Positions 1-7,980 of a stretch of DNA of 57,255 nt are shown here, one piece after another. Both the position numbers and the translations under genes were made by a program. The DNA comes from a virus (Duplodnaviria > Caudoviricetes): positions 1-57,255 of IMG/VR virus record IMGVR_UViG_3300046007_011961, one strand, 5' to 3'. The first letter of the stretch is position 1. Every line of letters begins with the position of its first letter. Below the pieces are notes generated by a model. The model worked only from the letters and a program-made list of their open reading frames with translations, had not been told where the DNA came from and did no database searches.

Positions 1-128
1 CTTCTACCTACTGCCGCCCCAGTTGCTTTGATATTTTCTTGATACTTGATAACTACTGCCGTAGCAGTGGCACCGATCACTACGCCTCCTGCGAATGCTG
101 CGATTGGACTTACTGTTGTTGTCGTCAT
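1..128 (-). CDS. small membrane protein, runs off the window edge
   Basis: Manual translation MTTTTVSPIAAFAGGVVIGATATAVVIKYQENIK...; hydrophobic Gly-rich segment; not in ORF track. Confidence 0.55.
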   Translation of the reverse strand, partial: MTTTTVSPIAAFAGGVVIGATATAVVIKYQENIKATGAAVGR

Positions 129-178
129 AATTTTAGATTTTTTTGGTTGGTTTTTGTTGGTTGGTTTTTGTTGGTGAC

Positions 179-334
179 TTATTTTCCGAAAAGTCTTTTG
201 ACTCTTTTAGAAATTTCGTCTCCGTGTTTTTGAATGGTGTTTGCGGCACCGATTCCTAGGGCAACCCCGGCACCGATTAGCAGCACACCCAACACTGCAC
301 CACCTGGGGTGACTGACACACTCACTGTGATCAT
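179..334 (-). CDS. 51-aa single-TM protein
   Basis: Manual translation MITVSVSVTPGGAVLGVLLIGAGVALGIGAANTIQKHGDEISKRVKRLFGK; downstream of promoter copy 1. Confidence 0.6.
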   Translation of the reverse strand: MITVSVSVTPGGAVLGVLLIGAGVALGIGAANTIQKHGDEISKRVKRLFGK

Positions 335-381
335 ACGATACGATTATTTGGTTGGTTGACTAACTTGAACGTTATAGCCAG

Positions 382-447
382 AAAGCTACAATACTACGTT
401 CATATTATTATCCCACCAAACTCCCCATTTGTCAGATGGGGGTAGGG
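382..447 (-). promoter_or_regulatory. early promoter cassette copy 1 (sigma70-like)
   Basis: Minus strand CTGACA-N17-GATAAT with TG extended -10; 66 bp identical to 999-1064. Confidence 0.75.
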
Positions 448-476
448 TGGGGATAGGACCCTGACGTACGCACAAA

Positions 477-902
477 CTACCAGCTCCAGTAGATTTCTGC
501 TCCACGATTGGCGCAGCCTCTGCCGAGCCTGTGGAAACAATTGTTTCGTGTGTAACCAGTCACTATATGCTCCGCCTCACCGAGCTTGTGAATTTCTTTT
601 TCGTACACCATCCCCCACTGACCGTAAGCGTTGTGGTCCATACCCTCTCCAAATAAGGCGATGTAGTACACCACGCCACAAGCTCTCATGAGCCTGTGGA
701 TTTGTGCGTGGAGGGATTTTTTCCCCCCCGAGCTACGTTTATTTGTCGTCGCCGCCCACAAATCAATTACACTATACTTATTCTCTGGATACATCTCATT
801 TAAGATGTCCGCCTCGCACGATGCGGCATCGTGAGACCTGAACGGCGCGGAGTTATACAAAGCTTCTTTCCCGTCGTTAATTTTGCAAATAATTCCAAAC
901 AT
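477..902 (-). CDS. hypothetical protein between two identical promoter repeats
   Basis: ORF 477-911 starts TTG; in-frame ATG at 902 preferred. Confidence 0.6.
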   Translation of the reverse strand: MFGIICKINDGKEALYNSAPFRSHDAASCEADILNEMYPENKYSVIDLWAATTNKRSSGGKKSLHAQIHRLMRACGVVYYIALFGEGMDHNAYGQWGMVYEKEIHKLGEAEHIVTGYTRNNCFHRLGRGCANRGAEIYWSW

Positions 903-998
903 AACTTTCAAATACTCTATGCCTCCAGGTTAGGTTTACCATCGCATGGAGGCTGCGGCGGCAATGAAAATAAATGCCTTTCGGCAAACTTTGAATCA

Positions 999-1064
999 AA
1001 AGCTACAATACTACGTTCATATTATTATCCCACCAAACTCCCCATTTGTCAGATGGGGGTAGGG
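999..1064 (-). promoter_or_regulatory. early promoter cassette copy 2
   Basis: Exact 66-bp direct repeat of 382-447. Confidence 0.75.
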
Positions 1065-1072
1065 AGGGGGGT

Positions 1073-1246
1073 TTATGTGTAGCACACTGGGTGCATTGTT
1101 TTTTTCAATAATACTCTAGCAATCCGCTCACGCGTATCGCTTTTTACTTTCTTTAACTTGTCGATTTGGTTCTGAAGAAACGTCAGTTCGTCCATCGACA
1201 GGTCTTGTATATGTCCCAGGGCTTTTACTACCTTTTTCGCGTTCAT
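1073..1246 (-). CDS. 57-aa basic protein
   Basis: Manual translation MNAKKVVKALGHIQDLSMDELTFLQNQIDKLKK...; abuts upstream ORF. Confidence 0.55.
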   Translation of the reverse strand: MNAKKVVKALGHIQDLSMDELTFLQNQIDKLKKVKSDTRERIARVLLKKTMHPVCYT

Positions 1247-1247
1247 A

Positions 1248-1418
1248 CTATTCGTTATCTAGCACTACCGAAGCTGCTGCCTGCAGCAGTACACCTGATG
1301 ACAGGATTATCAATCCTATCCATATTGAACTTTCGGGTCTGCCTTGAACCGCTTTCCACAGACACAGATCCATTAGAAGCAGTGTGAGAGCACCTAGGGT
1401 GATACTTAATTTATCCAT
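1248..1418 (-). CDS. 56-aa two-TM protein
   Basis: Manual translation MDKLSITLGALTLLLMDLCLWKAVQGRPESSIWIGLIILSSGVLLQAAASVVLDNE; downstream of promoter copy 3. Confidence 0.6.
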   Translation of the reverse strand: MDKLSITLGALTLLLMDLCLWKAVQGRPESSIWIGLIILSSGVLLQAAASVVLDNE

Positions 1419-1419
1419 A

Positions 1420-1516
1420 TTGGTTGGTTGACTAGCTTAATGAACGTTACAGCAGAAAGCTATAATATGACGTTCAGGTTATTATCCCACTAACTAGCTA
1501 TTTTGTGCTATAGGGG
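1420..1516 (-). promoter_or_regulatory. diverged promoter/leader cassette copy 3
   Basis: Shares ttggttggttgacta, tgaacgtta, gaaagcta, acgttca and ttattatcccac with 349-416; TGG-GATAAT -10 retained, -35 degenerate. Confidence 0.6.
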
Positions 1517-1546
1517 AGGGAGGGGGGAGGGGGGCAGCCAATAACT

Positions 1547-1582
1547 AAAAAAAAAGAGGCAGGTCCGAAGACCCGCCCCCTT
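1547..1582 (-). terminator. intrinsic terminator
   Basis: Minus strand GC stem with cUUCGg loop followed by a 9-T run. Confidence 0.8.
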
Positions 1583-1604
1583 ACTAACTCAACTGTAGTT
1601 TACA

Positions 1605-1787
1605 CTACCAGTTATAGTGATTTTTCAACCCTCTTAGAATCATGCCCGCGCTCCAGAGGACGAGCGCTGTTCCTATGATAATATCTAGCTTATCTAGCTT
1701 ACGAGTGTTTTCCTGTAAGTTGACTGGCTTGATATTCACTTCTTCCTCGATATAATTACGTGGATTTCTGATTGGATTTGTGTCCAT
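1605..1787 (-). CDS. small membrane protein
   Basis: 60 aa with C-terminal hydrophobic stretch IIIGTALVLWSAGMIL. Confidence 0.6.
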   Translation of the reverse strand: MDTNPIRNPRNYIEEEVNIKPVNLQENTRKLDKLDIIIGTALVLWSAGMILRGLKNHYNW

Positions 1788-1950
1788 GGTTGTGTCTACG
1801 TTTAGGTCTAAAACTTGCAGGTCTTTCTACTAGCTTTTGCGCCCACTCGTCGGGCTCCAAACTAGGTGGTCTAGTGTTCTTTGGTAGAACTATGCTTCTG
1901 CAGTTTTGTGCAGCTAAAAGTCTGAATAGTCTTGCAGCTGCATCGTTCAT
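1756..1950 (-). CDS. hypothetical protein
   Basis: ATGA overlap with the upstream ORF. Confidence 0.45.
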   Translation of the reverse strand: MNDAAARLFRLLAAQNCRSIVLPKNTRPPSLEPDEWAQKLVERPASFRPKRRHNHGHKSNQKST

Positions 1951-2132
1951 ATATTTTCAGGCCTAACAGAGCTTTTTTTATTGGCAGCACTAGCACCACG
2001 CCATGGGCTTTTTCTTTTAGTGTTTTTATTCTTAACACCATCCACCCAGAAGCTGGTCACACAGGCTGACCCGTGGAAATGCTTTTTGTCTTTTCTTTCC
2101 TGTTTTGCCCGAGCCTTACTATTTTTGTTCAT
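1947..2132 (-). CDS. small basic protein
   Basis: Lys/Arg-rich 61 aa in operon-like packing. Confidence 0.55.
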   Translation of the reverse strand: MNKNSKARAKQERKDKKHFHGSACVTSFWVDGVKNKNTKRKSPWRGASAANKKSSVRPENI

Positions 2133-2142
2133 ATTATTATTG

Positions 2143-2460
2143 TTATTTACCGTTGTCTCCGCAATAGCTGCAAGATTTAATTCCGTTGTTTCCCTCCCTC
2201 AATACACCAATACTGCATGCTTTGCAGTGGATGTACTTGGATGCGCCACCACCATTCTCTTCTAGTTCGCTTTCTAGGCGAGCCAGCACATCGTTGTCTG
2301 ACTTTAGAGCAACAGGGCAAAATGTGCCCTGAATTGGAATGGTGACTTCAAATGCTGCAGAATACTTTGGTTTATCTGCAGCTGCCACTGTGTTGTTGTT
2401 TTCTTTTTTGCAGGCTGAAAAGCCCACGCTGATTAATAGGATTGTAATTAGTTTATTCAT
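2143..2460 (-). CDS. putative lipoprotein
   Basis: Signal peptide with lipobox-like FSAC; two C-terminal CxxC. Confidence 0.6.
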   Translation of the reverse strand: MNKLITILLISVGFSACKKENNNTVAAADKPKYSAAFEVTIPIQGTFCPVALKSDNDVLARLESELEENGGGASKYIHCKACSIGVLREGNNGIKSCSYCGDNGK

Positions 2461-3349
2461 TTGTTATAGATTTGATTTCTTCGATTCCCTTTGCTGTTAA
2501 TTTATATATTCCTGGCGACCCTGCTTTACAGATATATCGCGCTGTAGAGATCCAATTGTAAATATACGTGGATGCATTAATTCGCATAGTTTTTTTTGCA
2601 GCCGTACTGGCCGCAATCAACTCTCTCACACTTACTCGAATCTCTTCAAGCTTTTCGATCTTTTTCTTAGCTATTTGAGTTAAGAGAAATTTGGTCTTGT
2701 CGGACATATAAGGTTTGATGATTGTATTCGCATTGTTTACATCCAAGACTACCCCTGGGGTGTGAATAATTTGACGTACAGCTTCTATACCTTTTTGGTT
2801 TAGACGCCAATATCTTACATTTCCTTTTATTTCTGCTCTTTCTATTAAAAATTCGTCTTTATAGTAATTTGACCAATTATATAGGCAGTTGCCTCTTAAT
2901 GCGCCTAGTTGAGCAAGTATTTCGCTATTTGAAATTTGGACTAATCCTGGTTCTTTAATGTTGTGACTTGCTGCGCGCGCTGCAAACAAATGTACTATTC
3001 GCTTTTTTACTTCGGTTATCTTTAGTCTCCTTGTAGGTCCTCCGACATCTAATACATCTAATTGCGGCTGACTAAATGTATTTGATTTTTTAACTGAGGG
3101 TTTTAAAAGCTGCTCCAGTGCTGAGGTCATCTCTATCAACCTATCAGCTGTCTCTATTTGAAGATTAAGCTCACTAATCTTTTTATGGCAGTCTTCCTTA
3201 ATTGCTTGATACACCATTTTGTGCTTGAAGTGAACCTGAGCAATATTATGCAGATCATTCTTTACGTCACCAGCTTCTTCAAAACTTGAAGACTTGGGCA
3301 GATTTGGAATACCTAAGAGCTCGAAAATATCTTTTGTTTCAGTTTTCAT
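2453..3349 (-). CDS. coiled-coil protein with two possible winged-helix domains
   Basis: Repeated wing-like motifs YWRLNQKGIEAV and YKLTAKGIEEI. Confidence 0.5.
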   Translation of the reverse strand: MKTETKDIFELLGIPNLPKSSSFEEAGDVKNDLHNIAQVHFKHKMVYQAIKEDCHKKISELNLQIETADRLIEMTSALEQLLKPSVKKSNTFSQPQLDVLDVGGPTRRLKITEVKKRIVHLFAARAASHNIKEPGLVQISNSEILAQLGALRGNCLYNWSNYYKDEFLIERAEIKGNVRYWRLNQKGIEAVRQIIHTPGVVLDVNNANTIIKPYMSDKTKFLLTQIAKKKIEKLEEIRVSVRELIAASTAAKKTMRINASTYIYNWISTARYICKAGSPGIYKLTAKGIEEIKSITNE

Positions 3350-3350
3350 A

Positions 3351-4022
3351 CTAATGTTTTCCTATTAAATAACCGAATACCCCGTAGGTTGTTTTTCCGT
3401 GTTTGTATACATATGGTGCACAACATGGCACCATGTACTTATTACTAACTTCTCCTAGTCTAATTAGTGTTGCGTTGGTGGCTTCAGCTTTACTGACTCC
3501 GCTGTAATCGTAGACTGCTCGTATATAATGCTCGTTAGATAGCCCTCTCACATTATCTATACCCAGTGTAATAAACATCAAGCTACCATGAGCAAACATA
3601 TTGGATATTATGGATCGCAGTGCCAGTATCCGTTGATTTAATAAACCTCCAGTAAGATCAAACCACACTGCCACTGGAGTCTCCGAATAGCCTCTATCGA
3701 TCAGTCTGTTGAAGATGTCTCCGCATCTTTGATGTGTCCACAATCTGTGAGGATGCTCCTCTAATCTAATCCCGGTCCCGCTTGCTTCGTATGTATCGTC
3801 AAAAGTTAATAAACGCAGTTTGGACGCTTTGCTGCGGTGATGCTCCGATTTTAATATGTACTCTAGAATCATGTTTTCTTGGCGTCCAGATCTTGAGGGC
3901 ATGGTTATGATGTAACCAGGCTTATCAAAATTTAAATCTATCCACGGCCAGAATTTACTATTTATTAATTCATGAGATTTGTATTTTTCTTCAGAGTTCA
4001 GTACGAACGATTCGTTGTTCAC
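3351..4022 (-). CDS. hypothetical, possibly methyltransferase-like fold
   Basis: 223-aa ORF; VWFDLTG and LMFITL pattern only weakly suggestive. Confidence 0.4.
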   Translation of the reverse strand: MNNESFVLNSEEKYKSHELINSKFWPWIDLNFDKPGYIITMPSRSGRQENMILEYILKSEHHRSKASKLRLLTFDDTYEASGTGIRLEEHPHRLWTHQRCGDIFNRLIDRGYSETPVAVWFDLTGGLLNQRILALRSIISNMFAHGSLMFITLGIDNVRGLSNEHYIRAVYDYSGVSKAEATNATLIRLGEVSNKYMVPCCAPYVYKHGKTTYGVFGYLIGKH

Positions 4023-4031
4023 TTGAAAAAG

Positions 4032-4105
4032 TGCGTCCGGCAGGATTCGAACCTGCGGCCATCAGATTAGAAATCTGATGCTCTATCCAGCTGAGCTACG
4101 GACGC
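4032..4105 (-). tRNA. tRNA-Arg(UCU)
   Basis: Acceptor GCGTCCG/CGGACGC, anticodon arm TCAGA-TT TCT AA-TCTGA, T loop TTCGAAT; full CCA not encoded. Confidence 0.92.
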
Positions 4106-4112
4106 TTTAAAG

Positions 4113-4298
4113 TTATTTTACAATTACCCAATACTTGGTTTGGTATGGTGTGTGTACACAGCTGTGACTATGGTATTCGTGTACTGCGATTCTGTCTCTA
4201 TGTGAGTATGGTGCGTATATTTTTTTGTACTCATATTCATGGGTGCTAGTGCAAGCCACAGAAGCAAACGCAGATAAAATCAAAAGTAAATTTTTCAT
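4113..4298 (-). CDS. small putative lipoprotein
   Basis: MKNLLLILSAFASVAC signal/lipobox. Confidence 0.55.
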   Translation of the reverse strand: MKNLLLILSAFASVACTSTHEYEYKKIYAPYSHRDRIAVHEYHSHSCVHTPYQTKYWVIVK

Positions 4299-4309
4299 AA
4301 TTAAAATAG

Positions 4310-4394
4310 TGGCCAGGGCGGGACTCGAACCCGCATAAGGACTGCTCCTCGGCAGATTTTAAGTCTGCTGTGTCTACCATTTCACCACCTGGCC
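4310..4394 (-). tRNA. tRNA-Leu(UAA)
   Basis: Acceptor GGCCAGG/CCTGGCC-A, anticodon arm GCAGA-CT TAA AA-TCTGC, long variable arm. Confidence 0.9.
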
Positions 4395-4400
4395 TTGTAC

Positions 4401-4703
4401 TCAATAAGGATAATAAATACAGTCAGAATTGTTGAGTTTCAATCTTTTTCGGTTTGTAGTAAGCATTCCCCATATGCTAGGCGCTCCATCTGATATCCAG
4501 ATATGTCCTGAGTCAAGGCTTTTTAGCATCCTGATAGCATCCTTCAATTCTTCCAAATGAAACCATTTAGACTGCACAGGGTCACCATTTTTTTTACCTG
4601 TGATCTCTAAAACCTTAAGAGTGAACTTTGTGTCTTGGAGGCGGCGAGGCCAGTCGTACCCATTACCAAGTCTCCAGCTATTTCTGTCTTTGTCTATGTT
4701 CAT
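4401..4703 (-). CDS. hypothetical protein
   Basis: 100-aa ORF filling the gap between two tRNAs. Confidence 0.6.
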   Translation of the reverse strand: MNIDKDRNSWRLGNGYDWPRRLQDTKFTLKVLEITGKKNGDPVQSKWFHLEELKDAIRMLKSLDSGHIWISDGAPSIWGMLTTNRKRLKLNNSDCIYYPY

Positions 4704-4721
4704 TTTATCTCGTCAAAAAAG

Positions 4722-4794
4722 TGCGCCCGGAGGGATTCGAACCCCCAACCAACGGCTTATGAGGCCGCTGCTCTGACCATTGAGCTACGAGCGC
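4722..4794 (-). tRNA. tRNA with CAU anticodon (elongator Met or Ile2)
   Basis: Anticodon arm GCGGC-CT CAT AA-GCCGT, T loop TTCGAAT; lacks initiator features. Confidence 0.88.
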
Positions 4795-4802
4795 GTGAAA
4801 AA

Positions 4803-5330
4803 TTACATTAAGCTGATTAATAGATTTTCTAGACTATCTTCAGCATTCATACGCATGCGGAGTTTCTTGATGCTTTTACTCAAAATAAACCCCACATTCT
4901 CTGCGGATAATTTAAACTGCTCTGCAATTTGTTTATAGCTTAAATTACCCCAATAGCGCGCTCTGATCACATCATGTTGTTTTTTAGATAATTTACCTAA
5001 ATGTTTCATCAACGTTTCACGCAACCCGTACATGTTGAAATCGGTGTCCACAGAATATGTTTCCGTTGTTTTTTCAAAATCATTTTCTTCAATGTAAACA
5101 TACTTTCTTTCTTTTGCACTAGTAGTTAGTGCATGATTTCGACACACTGTAAAAAGCCATTTCGAAAGATAATCGGAAACTTTTGTCTGCTCTTGCTTAA
5201 ATAGCTTCAGAAAAGTTTCTTGCACAATTTCTCGTGCACATTCTCGGTTTTTTACGATATTGTAAGCGTATTGCAAAAGAGGTTTTTCGTACTTCTCCAT
5301 CGCATATTCTACCCATTTTTCTTGGTCCAT
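4803..5330 (-). CDS. ECF-type sigma70 RNA polymerase sigma factor
   Basis: Region 2 AREIVQETFLKL..WLFTVCRN; region 4 LSKKQHDVI..LSYKQIAEQF; ATG 5330 preferred. Confidence 0.9.
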   Translation of the reverse strand: MDQEKWVEYAMEKYEKPLLQYAYNIVKNRECAREIVQETFLKLFKQEQTKVSDYLSKWLFTVCRNHALTTSAKERKYVYIEENDFEKTTETYSVDTDFNMYGLRETLMKHLGKLSKKQHDVIRARYWGNLSYKQIAEQFKLSAENVGFILSKSIKKLRMRMNAEDSLENLLISLM

Positions 5331-5363
5331 AGTTAGCAAATTAATAGTTGTTCTATTCAAGAT

Positions 5364-5373
5364 ATTATACCAC
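5364..5373 (-). promoter_or_regulatory. extended -10 promoter for the sigma/tRNA block
   Basis: TGG-TATAAT on minus strand about 35 nt upstream of ATG 5330. Confidence 0.5.
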
Positions 5374-5396
5374 AAATAGAAGATAAAATTTGCTAG

Positions 5397-5843
5397 CTAT
5401 GCTTGAGGCTTATTGTATTTGGTAGTTCTGAAAAAAACGTAACCTTTATGCGCTGGGCTATACTCTAGCACGTACGTTTGTTCTTTTTCTTCTTCTACGA
5501 TTGCACCCGCAAATATTCCGCCTTTAGCCAACACAAATCCAAATCTGCCGGTGGGTACATTGTTGATTGTGCCGTAGATTTTAAAGTGTGTCTCACTATC
5601 CTCAATTTCTGTAACTGTGCCAACATAACAAAATCCGTCTGTTCGATATATTTTCACAGCCTTGCCTATAGGTGTATGTGCAATAATACCAGGGTCAGCT
5701 TTACCATGTATGTCGGTGAAGTATGCTTCTTGGTCTATTTGCAGTTTAAAGCCAGGTACTGAAGACTGCTTCAGATCTAAGTTCGCTCCTCCAAATACAG
5801 AATCAACTAACGCTAAACAAAGCACAGTTGTTATAATTTTCAT
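5397..5843 (-). CDS. secreted hypothetical protein
   Basis: N-terminal signal peptide; beta-rich. Confidence 0.55.
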   Translation of the reverse strand: MKIITTVLCLALVDSVFGGANLDLKQSSVPGFKLQIDQEAYFTDIHGKADPGIIAHTPIGKAVKIYRTDGFCYVGTVTEIEDSETHFKIYGTINNVPTGRFGFVLAKGGIFAGAIVEEEKEQTYVLEYSPAHKGYVFFRTTKYNKPQA

Positions 5844-5848
5844 AGTAC

Positions 5849-6280
5849 TTATTGAACTGCTATTTTTCTGTAGCTCTCTACGTTTTTATTGTCTTCGGCT
5901 GTATTTAATCGTCGTTTAATTTCGTCAATTTCTTTACGCAACTGACGAACAGTTTCTCTCAGTTCGTAAACTTCACTAGATGCGTACGCATTACTCGATG
6001 TGTCATCATAATTAAAGCGAGTGTTTCCTGTGGCAAATATATGGTAACCTGAGTTGGTATATACTGAACCCCATGAAGCTGAACTGGCGACATCCGTTAA
6101 ACAACGCCATGCATCTGGATTTTGATCAGGTGCTTCACCTTCGGTATCTCTTAATGCTGAATACACCATACCGTTGTGAATTACCCAATCATTTATATAG
6201 TAGTTTGAAGATACGTCGAATACTTCAAACTTAGGAACATCTTCATCATCGTCAGGTATTTGCGTGAAGTTATCTTCCAT
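5849..6280 (-). CDS. protein with CBM5/12-like carbohydrate-binding motif and coiled coil
   Basis: YYINDWVIHNGMVYSA..P....W resembles the Y..GD.V...G..Y.A pattern. Confidence 0.55.
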   Translation of the reverse strand: MEDNFTQIPDDDEDVPKFEVFDVSSNYYINDWVIHNGMVYSALRDTEGEAPDQNPDAWRCLTDVASSASWGSVYTNSGYHIFATGNTRFNYDDTSSNAYASSEVYELRETVRQLRKEIDEIKRRLNTAEDNKNVESYRKIAVQ

Positions 6281-7844
6281 AACAATATGCAATTTCTTTG
6301 ATACCTACTTCATCCAGAATAAAACAGCTTTGTCTTGAAATATTATTTAAGCCCATTGCTTCACTATGTTTATCTCCGCGTACAGTAGTGCTGAGCATAT
6401 AATGCTCAAACTCAGCATACTCTTTCATCTCGAGATGATGTTGATCTGCAGTGAGCAATACTTTTTGTCTGACACCAATCAATGCCTCAGGCTTACTTAA
6501 GAAAAGATTTGCAACATAACTTTCACGAGCTTTTCCTGAGGAAGGAAGGCGGCCTTTGTATTCTGCGCTGTAGCCGTGAGATGCTATGAATAAAGTGTTT
6601 TGAATTTTGAACAAGCCATGGTCAGATTGAAACACTTCAAAGCAAATACGTTTCTCGCTACGATAGTAGGCTTCAAGTGCTTTAAACAACACCCAATCAC
6701 CAAAGTCATTATGATTACCTTTAACGCTCTTAACTTCAACTTTACCGAATAGTGAGAGTAGTGTGTCGATGAGATACACTATACTGTTGAAGGCGAAAGT
6801 GAACTGTTCTTCTTTGATGCAATCATGTACAAGCATAGTTCCTTTAGTGGTGAACCCTGCTCCAGTGGTGTGCAAGATATCGCCCAAGGCAGCAAGCACG
6901 CATTTATCAAAACCATAATTTCTATCTTTGACGATTTTTGCAATTTCTTTGGCATATGCTGTAATATATTCTTCTGCTTCAGTAGTGCTGTAACCTTTAC
7001 CTCTGTAAGATTCTTTACTATTTGTCTTTGCTCCGAAGTGGACATCAGACAAACCAACCAACATGGTTTTTGATTTGGACTTATCTTGTGACGGTCCGGT
7101 ATACTTGATTGGTGAGTATTTTGGAGGTTGCCAGTTAGAAAGAAAATTTGAGAATGGGTCTAGTACTCCCTCTTGTAGCTGCTGCCATTTACGTGCAGCT
7201 TCTTCTGTATCCTTCCAGCTTTGCTTTTGAAACTCTTGGTAAAGCTGAAATTTCTTTTTTTGTAGTATGTCGTTAGTTACTTCGCTAACGTCTCTCTCTT
7301 TCAACTGCTCGTCTGTGATAGGTTCTGAGTCGTGAGTAATTCCAAGAACACGTAGAATCTCTACCAGATAATTGCGAGGAATTTTATAGTTTCTGCATAC
7401 TTCATTAATAGTATGGTCGTTACCGTACCAGTTACTATAGTTCTCTTTAATGCCTCTAACTGTATCTCCCTTGAGTACCACATTACCGTTAGCTGCACGC
7501 AACCACATTACGTACTTGTCGTCTTCTTTATTGTATACGTACTTCTCAGTAAATTTGAGACTACTGCCCCACTCGCTAGCGTCTTCTGAGTCTGTCTTTA
7601 CTTTTTTAGCTTTGCTGGGGTTGTTAGGTAGAATAGGGCCTCCCTGCTGTAACACCTGTTTTAGTTCTCTGATAGCAACGCTACCGAGTCCTTGCTTACG
7701 TAAATAGGTATCGATACCTTTTTTCTGTTTCTTCAACTTCACACAAGCTTGCAACAGTTCCGGTGGAGCCCAAAAGTTTGCTTCTGTATTGTGAGCCGTT
7801 TTTCCGATTTTTAAAACTGTCGATTTCTTTTTTGATTTTAGCAT
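6270..7844 (-). CDS. calcineurin-like metallophosphoesterase
   Basis: Motifs SDVHFG, GDILH, GNHND, SHG, DQHH. Confidence 0.85.
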   Translation of the reverse strand: MLKSKKKSTVLKIGKTAHNTEANFWAPPELLQACVKLKKQKKGIDTYLRKQGLGSVAIRELKQVLQQGGPILPNNPSKAKKVKTDSEDASEWGSSLKFTEKYVYNKEDDKYVMWLRAANGNVVLKGDTVRGIKENYSNWYGNDHTINEVCRNYKIPRNYLVEILRVLGITHDSEPITDEQLKERDVSEVTNDILQKKKFQLYQEFQKQSWKDTEEAARKWQQLQEGVLDPFSNFLSNWQPPKYSPIKYTGPSQDKSKSKTMLVGLSDVHFGAKTNSKESYRGKGYSTTEAEEYITAYAKEIAKIVKDRNYGFDKCVLAALGDILHTTGAGFTTKGTMLVHDCIKEEQFTFAFNSIVYLIDTLLSLFGKVEVKSVKGNHNDFGDWVLFKALEAYYRSEKRICFEVFQSDHGLFKIQNTLFIASHGYSAEYKGRLPSSGKARESYVANLFLSKPEALIGVRQKVLLTADQHHLEMKEYAEFEHYMLSTTVRGDKHSEAMGLNNISRQSCFILDEVGIKEIAYCYGR

Positions 7845-7980
7845 AAACTGTTGTTAAGAAGTACTATATGACTTGAACAATAGCTGTACAATTTTTGATG
7901 TTTTTTGGAATTGTACAGGATCTGTTCTCGAGTTCTCCGTCAATATAACCAACTACATAGCTACTGCAAATAAAAAATCA

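Noticed and set aside
349-1516. Repeats as a CRISPR array
   Set aside because: The repeats are 66 bp, separated by whole genes, contain promoter elements, and no cas genes are present
4722-4794. Initiator tRNA-fMet
   Set aside because: G1-C72 is paired and the anticodon stem lacks three consecutive G-C pairs of the initiator type
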